DNA of 64,000 nt from the human T2T-CHM13v2.0 reference genome, Homo sapiens: NCBI RefSeq assembly GCF_009914755.1, contig NC_060926.1, one strand, 5' to 3'. Position numbers and translations under genes: made by a program. Shown here in pieces: positions 13,201 to 27,189 of this stretch. A model generated the notes under the pieces. It was given only the letters and a program-made list of their open reading frames with translations, had not been told where the DNA came from and searched no databases. Position 1 is the stretch's first letter; the number at the start of each line of letters is the position of its first letter.

Positions 13201-13571
13201 TACATGTTTGGGGGAGTTTTTTGCCATTATTTCTATTTTTTTTTTTTTTTTTTTGAAGAAAACCTATTAACTAAAACCCCAATTAACCACAACATTACAT
13301 ACTCTCCTTTAGTTGAAAGGGTAAATGACATTTTTGGTGAATAGAAAATTTTTGCAAAAATTAAAGTAAATTTCTCACATGTAATATTACAAGTATGTAT
13401 TTAGTCTCCTACAATTTTTATGTCTAAATGTTTAAAAATATGAATTGAATTTCATGAAAATTACTTTTAGTTATTATAGCATCTCAGTCATCAATAAAAT
13501 GTTAGGGAACATAGAGTCCACTTACCTTACATAGGCAAGAATATGAACCAATATATTTTAGACAATATATA

Positions 13572-13861
13572 TTTTTTCAAGACAGAGTTTCATTCTTGTT
13601 GCCCAGGCTGGACTACAATGATGCGATCTCGGCTCACTACAACCTCCACCTCCCAGGTTCAAGTGATTCTCCTGCCTCAGCCTACTGAGTAGTTGGGATT
13701 AGAGGCACCCGCCACCATACCTGGCTAATTTTTGCATTTTTAGTGGAGACGGGGTTTCACCATGTTGGTCAGGCTGGTCTTGAACTCCTGACCTCAGGTG
13801 ATTAACCCACCTCGGCCTTCCAAAGTGCTGGGATTACAGGCGTGAGCCACCATGCGCAGCC
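13572..13861 (-). mobile_element. AluS (Sq/Sx-like)
   Basis: Full antisense Alu ending gtgagccaccatgcgcagcc; short TSD-like TAGACAA on both flanks. Confidence 0.95.
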
Positions 13862-13899
13862 TAGACAAATTTTTAGTTAGAGTTTAATATAGTTATTGC

Positions 13900-14110
13900 T
13901 AGCCTTGGCAACATGGTAAAACCCCATCTTTACCAAAAAATTTTAAAAATTATCCAGGCGCAATGGTACACACTTGTTGTCCTAGCTACTTGGGAGGCTG
14001 AGGCAGCAGGATCCTTTGAGCCTAAGAGGCTGCAGTGAGCTATGATTGATTCACTGCACTCGAACCTGGGTGACAGAGTAAGACCTTGTCTCAAAAAATA
14101 AATAAATAAA
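13900..14110 (+). mobile_element. 5'-truncated AluJ
   Basis: aggatcctttgagcct..gctgcagtgagctatgat; A-rich tail; TSD TATAGTTATTGC at 13888 and 14114. Confidence 0.9.
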
Positions 14111-14819
14111 ATGTATAGTTATTGCCATATGACATTTTATGAAGTAAAATATTAGTTTAGCAATCTATATGGGAAAGGTTACCTTTTCTTGATCTGTTAG
14201 AGTTTTTTGTTATTTTCCTAATTTATTACCAGTATAGAAATAATCTAGAGAATCACTCCTTTTCATTGAAAAACAAAAGGATATGGCCACCTATGAAAGA
14301 GATAAAAATTTTTGGAACATCAATTTTGGGAACTGATCTGCTTAGAAAATGTGCATTTTCTGAGATTTCAAGTCTAATTCTCAATGGACTAGTCTCTAAA
14401 GTGTATTAGTATGATAGAAATGTATGTCTTCAAAGAGAAACAGAGGGAATAAATTAATGGAACACCCCTTTGCTGCTATATCTCAAATAGTTTCAGAAAA
14501 GCATATTGGATTCTCAGTACAGTCAAAAAAAAGAAAGAGGAGTAAACTGAAAATAATGGTGCAGTGCGGGTAGGGTTGAGATTGAAGAGCCAACCACGCG
14601 TGGAACTACTATGGCGAATAGTGTGACCCACAGGCTCAATCAGATAGCAAGCCTGGGCCCAGATTGACACTCATATCTCCGGGGTTCACCTAGGGGTAGG
14701 GGAGGGGTAGAGAGTGATCAAGAAGAAGATATCTCCAAGAAAGTGTGACATTTGTAATCACATAGGATCGTGATTCAACAGATTGTACTTTCTCAGAACC
14801 AAGATCCTAACACCTGCCC

Positions 14820-14990
14820 TCGTAATAATAGTAACTTCTTGAATGTTTACCATGTACCGTGGATTGTGCCTAGCACAATATAAATTTAATATTCACGTCA
14901 ACCTTATAAGAAAAGCACTATTTGTTGTCTTTATTTTACAAAAGACAAAAAACAAATTAACAAAAAAGCTGAAACCACCTCACTCAGCAG
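14820..14990 (-). mobile_element. MIR fragment
   Basis: aataatagtaacttcttgaatgtttaccatgtacc..attgtgcctagcac..attttaca. Confidence 0.6.
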
Positions 14991-17014
14991 CTTGGCAAGA
15001 CCTCACTGGTGCAGTGAGTTCTACCAAGACTAAGAGTAGACAGAAATGCAGAAGTGTCTGGAAGCTGTAGGAGAATGGAGATAGCAAATGCTAAAACACT
15101 AATTCCTGAAGCTTTCTTATGGGGGGAGGAGGGGCGTGACCACCAGATATGGTGAGGGGGAGTGAGTTCCTGGGGAAGAGTCTTGGTGCTAGGTGTGGCG
15201 GGGTGACTAGCTGAAGATTTCCAGTGCAGCAGCCTGTGGACAGAGACCACAGGCACTGAAGCTTAGAGCGGCCAAAGTCATCAACATTTTTCTTTAAGAA
15301 AATGATCTGCATCCTATAAAGATACCTATGATGGTCGTAAAGTTTACTCTCTAAGTGCATCAGCAGAGTAATGAAGGCTGGGTTTCATAACAATAAAAAT
15401 AAGTTATGTCTTGCACCTGATTTTTTTCCCCCAAGGATTGTTAAATTGACAAAAGTTTTAAGATCTATGACTTCTTTATGCGCCTTTGTTTTTACTAAGG
15501 CAGATGTCCTTGATCAAAAATTAATTAGTTATAATATAAATCAGTGGTTCTGCATAATTGCAAATAAAATGCAGTATGGAAGGCTATCTTTTTCTTTGAC
15601 TAACATTCAGATAAGCTTTCAAATTTGGCATAACGTTTCCTGGCCAGGCATTTTTGAGGACAGATGCTATTTGGCAGCCATCAACATGCTACATCAAGCG
15701 TCTTTCAAGTCCTTTGTGAGCTCTTTGGTGCTTTACTACTGCACTGCATTTGGACCTGTTAACACCTGTGATAATTTCTCATCCATTTCAAATTATGCCC
15801 ACTAAAATTTGGCGTGTCAGCTACCGCCCTGAGTTAAGTTTGAGTTTTAAAAGAGTTGAGACTTTCTGGAATCCTTTGCAGAAAAAACATTATACATTCA
15901 TAACGTTAGGATCTGTAATTCTTTTAACTAAACCCCAGAGCAGTGGCTTATAAGTATCTCTGTGTGATGCAGTCCTCCACCAGAAGTCCTCCCTTCATGG
16001 CTTCCTGAGGAACTCTTATCCCACTCAGTATCCCAACATGCCAAAAGCCCAAAATCTTCCTTGGTCACTCAGCAGCAACTCTGTGGAAAAGCAACCAGGG
16101 AAGAAGAAAAAGGATCTCATATAGTCAAACCTAAGTCAGAGTCATTCCTATACCTGCCAAATATTGTATATTATTCCTGCATTACATTATTTCTCTGAGA
16201 AATGTTCTCGATGAAGCAATATTCTTCCATCTTCAATTTCTGGATGAGGATGATTAAAATAATGTGCATATATGTTGAAGGGCAGAGGATGGTATTGCAC
16301 AATATAGATGAAATAGTCATTGGTTTGTTTTACATTCTATGCATTTTTAATGAGCAAATTCCCATTTACAGGAATTAAATGTTCCAGATATTGATTTCAG
16401 AGGGACAATATATAATATGAAAACAAAATTCAGTAACATTATGTGATGATTACATGATGTGTAATTCAATATAGCTAGAACCCTGGAAAGTGAATAATAT
16501 AACCATTCCTATAAAATATTTCAGAAAATCAAATTTATTCCCTGAAGTACATTATAATAAAACGGAAACAGTGTTACTTGATTTATAGTCCTCTAATTCA
16601 GGCTTTTAAAGCTATTTTCATGTCAAAAATAAGGGATTCTTTCTCCCCTTGTCCCCAGTCTTGTGCATAGTTTATAATGACAAGAAAAGCTACAAAAGAA
16701 ACATTACAAAGCAGATGTGCTCCCAAGTTTGTTCCAGTTTAAACTTCAGCTTTAAGCATCTTGTGGCTATGAAATATTCATGTAAATTATGTAAGTGCAT
16801 CTAGTTTAGATCCCAGTCACTCATGGGTTTTCTCACAAAGTAAAATACCATACTTGATCCTGTCTATTTCTAGAGAGTGAATGCTCACCTGGTGGATTTG
16901 TACCAACCCCTTAGGGCATCAGGGGGACAATCAATTAGGTTCACTGGGTGTTTTACCTGACAGATACTCTCCTAAATACTTTCAAATGCCCTCTCATTTT
17001 GTTCTCACAGGACC

Positions 17015-17165
17015 TGAAGAAGTAGGTGTCATTTTCATCCACACTTTGCAGGAGGAAACAAATGAGGCTCAGTAAGGTTTTAGTAACTTACTGGTTGTCA
17101 TACATGAACAGCCAGGTTTCAAACTCAGGAATCAACAGGGCTGCCCTGACTACTGGGCTACTCTC
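17015..17165 (-). mobile_element. MIR fragment
   Basis: gaagtaggtgtcatt..actttgcaggaggaaac..gaggctcag..gccaggtttcaaactcagg. Confidence 0.7.
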
Positions 17166-17753
17166 CCTACATTAGATGCCTAGAAGGTATGCAAGTGGCT
17201 GGAGTAGGGGCACCGACTTCCATGAATGGTTAGGAGTTTGGTGTATGAGCCCCTGACCCATGCTGAAGTGACTCAGGAAAAGCCTAGTCCTGGGAAACTT
17301 ACGTTTTGTATTTTTTTTCTCTTTAACAGTTGGTACTGAAGGATTAAAATTATCTTAAGGTTAAAAACAGGAATGGTTGAGCATTGCAAAAAGCTTTTGC
17401 TGTTAGAATAGATGACATCTGCTGCCTGGCTACAAGTCATTTTAAGATGACACAAAATGATGCTATGGAGACCACAGAGCTTTTGTAAGAAAGCAGAAAC
17501 GCTTGGTCACTTTTCCGCTAAGTGACTTCCCTTTATTGGAAGCTGTACTGAATCTGGAATGCTTATAAATGGTTGCAAGGGCAGATCATTTCAGAGTAAG
17601 AGATATTTAAAAACAAAGGGCTAAGGGAAACCTCAATTGAAACTAGAGCAATACAAAATAAAATCTCCTACTGAACCCTAAAAGACTCCTACTGACTGAC
17701 CCCTCAAAAGCACCCCATATGTCTTTCTCTTCTCCTCTGAAAAGGTAACTCAG

Positions 17754-18063
<310 letters not shown>

Positions 18064-18819
18064 TCAGAATTATAAACTGGTAAGTCATGGAATTATGAAG
18101 TTTCTATCCTGCCAACTGTGACAGGCTGTCAAAATATTAGAAGTATAATGATGTAGTTTTTATTTTTAACAACTTTTTGTCATAAAAATAATGCCTGCTT
18201 ACCGAATAATATTCAAACAATATGATAGTATGTAAAGGAAAAAGTGAAAATGAGACACCACTAACACTCCCTAGAGATCATCTAACCTTCCTAATCCTTC
18301 TAAGCAGATATACACATATATTTATTTGCAAAAATAGTATCATACCATGCACACACACACATATACCCACATATTATTCTCTAGCCTACTTTAAAAAAAA
18401 AAACTAGGAATGCCTCATTTATATTAAAGATCTGGCCTCTAAAGATTTTAAAGGATTAGACTGAGCTGGAATTACTATAGACAGATGCTGTAGAGCTCCA
18501 AGTGGGTAGTTCCAGAGAGATCAGTGGTACATTAGTTAGTCTGTTTTTAAGTAAATGAACATGAAAGTTTAAGAAAAAGAGAAAATGTCATCAAATTGAT
18601 GCATTAAGATGAATTATCCCATCCACATTCATTGGAATATAAAATAGGTTATTAAAGATCACAACTGGTAATCTAATTTCCAGATACCCCAAGTCACTGA
18701 TTTATTTACTATGTCAAAGCATCATTTTTCCAAGGATAGAAGCTTTTTAAAAAGCATTGATTTTATCATCACTATGATAAAATAAAGAGGGAGAGAAAGA
18801 GAGAAAGTTTGGGATAGGT

Positions 18820-19135
18820 GTGATAAATTGAGTTACTCGCCATAAATCTTCACTCTTATTCATCATCCATCCCTCCTAGTGGGAAAAGCGTGCTATCCCA
18901 CTCTTGTCTCTTGGCTTGGCTATGTGACCTGCTTGTGTATTTGACTCTCTATGAGAACATGCCCTGAGATACACAGACATAAGCAGACCTGAGCAACCTA
19001 CAGCCTAGAGCCAAACTTCATTGTACTCAGCCTAGATGAGCTGAACCCAGTCAACGTATACTTGTTTGAGTTGTGAGCCACTGACTTGTGGGGTGATTTG
19101 TTACACAACATGATGTTGCATTAGCTGACTTATGA
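18820..19135. mobile_element. MLT1-type LTR remnant
   Basis: ggcttggctatgtgacctgctt..gagaacatgccc..tgagccactgacttgtggggtgatttgttacaca. Confidence 0.6.
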
Positions 19136-19639
19136 TAGCTATTATAGCAGACCCAAAAGAAAAACTTATCTCAGCTTTAATCCCTGAAGAACTCTTCTTT
19201 TGCATTATGCAAAGCTATTCATCATATTAGAAAAAATGGGAGAAAGGCAATACAGGCCCGGGGCAGACTTAATCAATGACAAGGCAAGGCTTGGGGAACC
19301 TTATAAGAAGAATCAAGATGCTTTTTTTTAATTCTTTATTTTTTTCTAGTAAAGTGCCTTGAAGTCCATGAAAACAAGATAATTGGCATAGCTCTGTCTT
19401 TGGTAAATGAGGCTAACCTCATAAAATAAAACTGATCAGATTGTAAAGTCAGAGTCCAGTTAAACTCTTCATGCCTTTAATTCTGTGATGCAGCTAGAGC
19501 TGTAACAATATATAATAGACCCACATACTCCTAAATCTAATTGGGACTCTAATTGCCTCAAACCTTCTTCTTTGGCTCTAGGCAGTTTTCAGAAACTGAG
19601 GACATAAAAGTCACACTCATATTCCAGCATCCAGAGTCA

Positions 19640-19826
19640 CATTCTGCAATATGGTAGCTACTAACCACATGTGGCTATTTACTTTTAAGTTACATATTCA
19701 CTTTCTCAATCACACTAGCCACATTTCAAATGCTTAATAGCCACATGTGGCTATTGGACACGATATTGGACAGCACAAGTATAAAACACTTTCATCATTG
19801 CAGAAATTTCTGTTGGATAGCATTGA
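19640..19826. mobile_element. MER3-type hAT-Charlie non-autonomous DNA transposon
   Basis: aatatggtagctactaaccacatgtggctattt..cactagccacatttcaaatgcttaatagccacatgtggcta..cattgcagaaatttctgttggatagc. Confidence 0.85.
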
Positions 19827-20619
19827 CTAGAGGCAAGAGGACCCATACATTAGTTCTAAAATCAAGAGCCTGAAGCAATCTAGGTTTGGGATTTTAAACC
19901 CTTTTTAAGGGGGTCGGGGGAGGCTGAAAAGAAGAGACAATCAGTAACTGAGCTCTCTATACGGAAGCTACTTTAACTGATATGAAAGAGCACAAGATAC
20001 AGAAAATTTAACTTCCCTCATTTTATCTACTTATTTATCATTCAACCAAGCTTAGTCTTCCAGCTAGGAAACACAGATATAAAGAAACTGTGGCAAAGAA
20101 GGCAGAGGACACTAATCTTTCTAATTGCAAATCGGCTAAGACTGTGTGGGATGATGTACCTTGATTAATTAAAATTTCCAAAGGTTATCTAAATTGTAGT
20201 TCTGTTATTGTGAGTCTGAACCTAATGTGTATACTCCAGAGTTCAATTAGGTCTGGACTCGCTAGACTCTACTTGCATAAGACACTGAGGACCTTCAAAG
20301 AAAATGTCCTATTTGGGTATTCCTTATCAGAGGAAAACCAAAAGCAGAGAGACCAAGAGCTGCCATTCCTCTTTTGTTACAGCCTAACATACACACTCCT
20401 CAATGGTGATAGTGAGATGGGAATAACAACAGACTTTTCATTATCAGAAGACACAGCTGTAGTCAGAAACAAGTGTGGGAAGCAGGAGATGAAAACTAAA
20501 AGTGCATGTAGGTGGTAAGTGCAACGCTTACTTTGAAGTACACATGGAATATCCCCAGTGGTCCCCCAGAAATGATTTTGGGATACAATGCACAAGCAGC
20601 TGAGGTTTCACATAAGTGA

Positions 20620-21190
20620 GTATTGCAGATTGTAACTTCCAAAGGTGGCTTCACAACTGTCTGCCATCTCACATGCTTTACTAAAAACTTGCCATTCCTT
20701 ACCAAGGGATAAATCTCTGTCCAATCCTCTTGAACCTGAGCAGACCAATAGAATCTGACAGAAGTGAAAGTATATTACTTCCCAAGCTAGGTAATAACAA
20801 TGTCGCATTTTGGCCTAAATCCTCTCCTTTGCTCTCTTGGAATGCTTGATTTTGCAATCATCTTGCATCATGCTGTGAGGAAGTCCAAACAGCCTGTGGA
20901 GAGAAACATGGAAAGGGAATGAGTTCCCAAGCCCACAGCCCCAGCTGAGCTTCCCAGCCCACCTCCTGGTTGACAGCTAGTGCACACCTTTCAGCCATGG
21001 TAGTGAGCCACCTTGAGAGTGGACTCTCCATGCCCCAAAGAAGCACCCAAGATGATGGTGTGTAGCACTGAGACAAACACCCCTATTGAGCTCTGCTCAA
21101 ATTATAGGTTTCCAGGCAAAATAAATGATTCATTTTGCTTAGGCCACTTAATTTTGGGGTGGTTTATTATGTAGCAATAGATAAGTATTG
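20620..21190. mobile_element. MLT1 (G/H-like) solo LTR
   Basis: cctcttgaacctgagcagaccaatagaat..catgctgtgaggaagtccaaacagcc..aaataaatgatt..ttttggggtggtttattatgtagcaatagataa. Confidence 0.8.
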
Positions 21191-21194
21191 ACAG

Positions 21195-21680
21195 ATATGC
21201 GTTTGCTGCCATAATATTCTTGGTGGTTTAAAACAACACAATTTTACTATCTTTCCATTCCGTAGGGTAGAAGTCTAACATGAGTCTCCATGAGCTAAGG
21301 TCAAGATCTTGGCAGGTTTGAGTTCTTTCCTGTATACTCTGCAGAAGAATTTATTTTTCTTATTTTTTTTTCCGGCTTCTAGAAGCAGCCCAAATTCCTT
21401 GGCCCGTGCTTTCCTTTCTCCATCTTGAAAACCAGAAATGGTGGAGTCCTTCTCTCACAAGACATTGCTTCTGCCTCTCACTTCCACTTTGAAGGCTCCT
21501 TGTGATTTCATTGGGCCCACCCAGATAATCCAGGATCATCTTCTCTTTAAGGTCAGCTGATTAGCAACCCTAATTCCAGCAGCAACCTTAAATCCCCTTT
21601 CCATGTAACCTAACACGTCCACAGATTCCAGGGATTAGCATGTGGGCCTCTTTGGAGGGCCATTATTCTGCTATCACAAC
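21195..21680. mobile_element. MLT1C-like LTR in opposite orientation, abutting the previous LTR
   Basis: ggtggtttaaaacaacaca..ttgtgatttcattgggcccacccagataatccagg..ggccattattctgctatcaca. Confidence 0.8.
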
Positions 21681-22232
21681 ACGTAAGGGCAAGAACCAAT
21701 GAAACCTGCATTATAATTATAAAATAGCAGTTACATTGGTAATGGCCTCTAGATATTAGCCAGGGCACCACATCCATTGAGACATAAATAAAATTGGTTC
21801 AAACATCATGCATAGTGTGGGTTTCAGTGTTCTTTCCAATCACTTCAGGAATTCTGGTGGAGGAGAGGATGACTTACATTGTTCCCAGTCACCTCTATTT
21901 TTACACTCCCATGCCTCCTAAATTTGTTAAGTTTATGGATTTTTTCACCATCCCACACATGGTGTCTCTGCTCTGTACTACATCTCACTTAGATACAATT
22001 TCTCTCCTTTCCTTGATTGCCACAAAATAGCAAATCAAATGTAGGAAATAATAAAGCCAACAGACAAATTTTACCTGAAGTGTGAGGAGACAGAAGGTGT
22101 GCATAAGAATAACAACTTAAAGTTACACTTTAGACATTCTGATTAGATACCAGTTCTGCTAACTCTGCTCAGCCAGCCACCCGGCATGGTTCAGTGGTTT
22201 CTTCTGGAGCAAAACACAAGAAAATGGAGTCA

Positions 22233-22530
<298 letters not shown>

Positions 22531-23521
22531 AAAATGGTATCATCCTATCACTTCATGCAGATTGAACCAGGCAGCTCCTTCTAGCTCCAGCCCCAGGCTC
22601 AGCTCTAGCTCTCCCATTGTATACACCAAGCTTATTGATGTGCCCAGTTTCTCATTTCTCCTTCCCTCACCAGTGTCTGCAAGAGGAATGGAGAGAGAGA
22701 GATTTATTTCTAGAATAATATAAATAATGCCACCACCTCCATCTCCCCCAGTAAGAAGGCAGAAAATATTACTGTCTATTTTGCTTTAAAATATTTTTTC
22801 TCCTCCACTTGGTTATAGGACCATAAAATATTTATGTAACTTTGATATTTGGGGAATTCTGTGAATTCAGGAGTCTGGAGACCTTAGGATAAATGTTTTG
22901 TTGGGTATTTTTGCTTCTGCCCATTTCATGCCCTGCTGTGACCAAGAGACCAAAAAGCAGACAAAGCAAGCAGACTGAGAGGCTGCTCATCAACAGGGCA
23001 AGTACCTGGTGATGTGTGCTTGAGAAACAAAAGGAGGTGTTTTTGCCATGGGCTGGCCTAGGCCCAGAGCAGTGTGGTGCCAAAGGGAGGAAGGATAACA
23101 AACCCAGATGGAATCCAGAGTCTGCAGCAGTGCTTTAGAGTTTCCAAGGAAAATTAAAAACTAATAACCAGATAATACCTTCTGAGCACTGTGCCCTGTG
23201 GACTTCTGCTGAATTTTGGATGAGGTGAGAAAGAGAGGGAAGGAAGGTGACTAGGGAAAGAAATAAACCTTTAATAAAATCCACAGGTGTAGCATAAACC
23301 CCTATTCTAACTGGTGCCCCAGGGCTCAAGATGTCATTGGGTTTTTGAGTATGCTAAAATTGTGTTAATATTTGTTTGGGAAGATGTACTAAGCCTTGAT
23401 AGGAAATGTGAGTGGAGCAGAGTTATGAATAATGAGAGAAATTTAGAAAGGCTACAGCCTCAAATAGCACAAAAGGCATAGTGATAGTTGTACATCAGAA
23501 TGCTACATGGAACAGCTGGGT

Positions 23522-23785
23522 TCACACATTGTGTTGTGATAAGTGATTTTCACATATCAACTTATTTAATCCTCGCCATGAGAAGTGGTAGGTATATATC
23601 TCTCATTTCCAAAGATAAGAGCCTGACTAAGAAGTCTGGCAGAACTGGGTGGAAATTCTAGCTCTACAACATGCTAAGACTCAGTTCACCCATTTATGAA
23701 ATGAGACAAATATTCCTACAACTTCTTCTTGTGAGGATTAAATAAGTAAATATGTGAAAATCACTTATCACAACACAAAGTGTGA
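23522..23785. repeat. Foldback inverted repeat of MIR-derived arms (88 bp arms, 88 nt spacer)
   Basis: 23522-23609 vs reverse complement of 23698-23785: 77/88 ungapped, outer 53 bp at 50/53. Confidence 0.95.
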
Positions 23786-24584
23786 CACATAGCACATGCT
23801 CAATAATAGCAAATATATGTTTATGTATATATTTGTGTAAGTACAGATAATATGTTTTTTCCACTCAGTGAAGTGACCCAGCACACTGGGTACCCAGAAA
23901 AAAAAATTATTCAAATAAAGGAAAGCATTCTAACTGTGGTTTATTTACCCCTAAAGAGAAGAATTTTACCCCAGGTGCAAAGGGTAGACTTAAATGTTCA
24001 AGCAAAACTATCTTCACTTGCTGTCACTTCAGAAAGACTATAAATACTCAACCAAGAAAAACTTATTTTAAATACAGAATTAAGTGTAGGAATGAAACAA
24101 TTTTTTTAAACCCTGAAGTATCTTTATTACTGTAACTTATTGTGTATGGCTTATGTACTCAAGATCCCTAGAATAGACCCAGTAGGGTGTCAATCCACAG
24201 AATTTTTAAATTAGAAGCAACCTTAGAGAACATCTAATTTAAAACTTTTCATTTTACAGACGAGGAAACCGTGGCTCTTTTGCAGTGAAAATCCTGGCTG
24301 TGCTCCAAAGCTACCCAAGGGTGGTGAAACTGCTCGGGAAGTTTCTGTTAGGAGTTTGGCCTGCCTTTCATTTAGAATTGGTTGTGCTTCTCAAAGCATT
24401 GTCTGCAGGTCCTCCTCGATGTATGAGAGACCAACCTCCTAGGGCATTAATGTCTAAAAGGAAATGCATATATCTACTGCAATCCAGATGTTACTTCACT
24501 GGAATTTCATCAAGTGAGCTCCCTGTTTCCCATTCATTTTGCAGAGCTGGGAATATTTTTGCTGAGTTTTTAAGTCTATTTAAC

Positions 24585-25280
24585 GTGATCATCCTTGGTT
24601 CCTCTTTTCCTTTTGCTCCTGGCCCCTTCAAATCAATAGGCAAGACCTGCTAAGTCTGCTTTTAAGACATACCATCCTGGTCTAAGAGGCCATCATCTCT
24701 CACCTGGGCTAAGTTAATAAATAGCCCGTAGCTGGTCTCTTTGCTTTTATCTTGTCTCCCTAATGGCAGCAATCTTTCAAGTGGATCAGATTAGTGGCCC
24801 TGTGTAAAGCCCTCCAGGGTTTTCCACTGCATTTAGAATGATATCCAAATGCCTCACTCTGCCTACAAGGCCCTATGTAAGATGATCCCTCTCTCCCCAC
24901 TCAAACTCATCTTTTACCCATCTTCCACTTGGGCCTATGCTCCAGCTACTCTTGCCTTTATCTCTTCCTTGAACATCTTAGGGCCCTAATACTGTGTTGC
25001 ATCTACTTGGAATGCTCTTCCACCAAAGCCTCTAATATCTAATCAATCCCATCTCCACTTACATGTCACCTTCTCAAGGATGCATTCCCTGATCCAATCT
25101 AAACAAGACCTCTAGTCGCACTCCATCACATCACTCCTCTGTTTTATATTTATTGTAGCATCTAATATCTTCATGCTTTATTTACTTGTTTGGTTTTCAT
25201 TGTAACCCAGCACCTGCATTAATGTCTGACAATAGCAGATATTCAATGAATGTTTTTAGAATGAACAAATGGGTGAATGA
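24585..25280 (+). mobile_element. L2 LINE 3' region
   Basis: ccatcatctctcacctggg..ctgcatttagaatgatatccaaat..cctacaaggcccta..tacttggaatgctcttc..aatgaatg tail. Confidence 0.8.
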
Positions 25281-25537
25281 ATGGCACTGCAGGTAGAAAA
25301 AGGTAGTACCTGACGGTCCTCTGAGTCACTGAAGGAACTACTGACTGACAAGAGTACAGAAGAAAGAAACTTAAAGCACTAAATGCTATTCTGACTTAAG
25401 GTCTAAAATAAAATCATTCAGTATTTTTTTTCTGAGTCTGAATCTGGTAATTTCCAAGTGGTAAGAACTTTCATCACTACCAGTTCTACATAAGTAGCCT
25501 AAGTCTTGTAAATAAAAATAATAATTTAAAAATTCCA

Positions 25538-25833
25538 ACTGGGAGTGGTGACTCATGCATGTAATCCCAGCACTGTGGGAGGCCAAGGTGGGCGAGTAGC
25601 TTGATCTCAGGAATTTGAGACCAGCCTGGGCAACATGGCAAAACTCCATCTATCCTAAAAATACAAAAAAAATTAGCTGGGTGTGGTGGCTCACACCTGT
25701 GGTCTCAGCTACTTGGGAGGCTGAGGTGGCAGGATTGCTTCAGCTGGGGAGGTGGAGGTTGCAGTAAGCTGAGATCATGCCACTACACTCTAGCCTGGGT
25801 GACAGAGCGCAACTTCGTCTCAAAAATAAAAAA
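25538..25833 (+). mobile_element. AluJ-like
   Basis: Two-arm Alu with cttgatctcaggaatttgagaccagcctgggcaacatgg and gaggtggcaggattgctt. Confidence 0.9.
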
Positions 25834-27189
25834 TTTCCACCATTTCCTTGGAAATACAATGCAAAACTTATTAGCTTTAGTGTATAGATTTTTTTTCCCC
25901 AATGTTCAGTTTATTTCTGTGTTTTTGGCTTTCATTCCTTACTTCTTTTAAGCCTTTTGGAAGCTTCTCTTTCTGAATGGTTATGTGGGTTGATTCCCAA
26001 ATTTTAATCCAAACTTTTAATAATGGAGCAGTGGGAAAAAAGACAGTGATCAAGGATATATGGTCCAGAACCTGGATTTACCTCTTCAATTTAACCTACT
26101 ACTGTATTTGTATTTTTTAAGAGAGCCTCTAAATATGCTGCAGCATGACATAGCCATGGTAGGTAGCCATACCTGCCAGATGGTTTCCAGAGTACAAACA
26201 CATGTGATTAGTGTTGGATGAAGAAATGGGAATAAAAATAATGTGGAATCCAGTGAGTCCACATACCTGCAGATAGCAACTCACACTCACAGCATCTAGC
26301 ATGCCATAGAGCACAGCCAGATGGCAGCCTGGGGGGAAGCAAAACCCAGCATTTCCTCCAGGAGCCTGATCCTCAGCTTGGCCCATGCTTGAAATGCTTT
26401 AAGTAATGATTTTTTAAAGTTTTGCGGGGTTTGTTTTTCCTTTTTAAATCTGAAGGTGCCTTGCTCACTAACCCTGTTGGATTAAATCTCTAGCAAATTG
26501 GATTACTCTGTGCTTACTTGAGAGAACTTGGACTTGAAACAAGACCCATTTTCTTTTGTTCTTCTTCCAGATCCTACTGTGGATTCTACTGCACTTGGAA
26601 TTCTTTGAGCCATTGAAATTACCTGGGGCATCTGTTAGGGCTATCTCCATTTTAAGCACTAGGAAAAAGTGTTGCTTCCTATTGGAAGTGACCCCATCTC
26701 TAATAGCAGAGATTTAGAAAAATAATGCATTCAATGTTAAATTTATTTAAATAGCTGCAATGATTAGTTTCTCTACTGTCAATAGGGGGAAAAATACCAT
26801 GTCAAGGGGTGAAATCAGTGACCATTTTGGATAATGTCCATATGGGAATATTAGATAACAATGAGTCTTTGGAGAAAGAGGCCCATGGATTTTGCAGGTG
26901 CACACATGGCAATTATTATCCCTTCTGAGCAGAATAGACAACTGAGTGCATCTCAAAATTTTAGTCACAATTCTTACTACTAATGAAACATAGATCTATT
27001 TACGAACTCTTGTGCCCATTTCCAAAATCTAGAAACAAGTAATTACACAACTTATTAGCTTACTACAAGTTCACTGATAACTCTACTGCAAGAACATGTA
27101 TAAATTCCAAGAATAAAATATAAATAAGGCATTACGAAGGTTTTCTTGGAAGGAAGATCTGTTTGAACTGAGAGATAAAACATGAATTT

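Noticed and set aside
15371-15805. 144 aa ATG-initiated ORF, the longest non-CTAGE ORF
   Set aside because: No recognisable domain; composition typical of chance ORFs in AT-rich DNA
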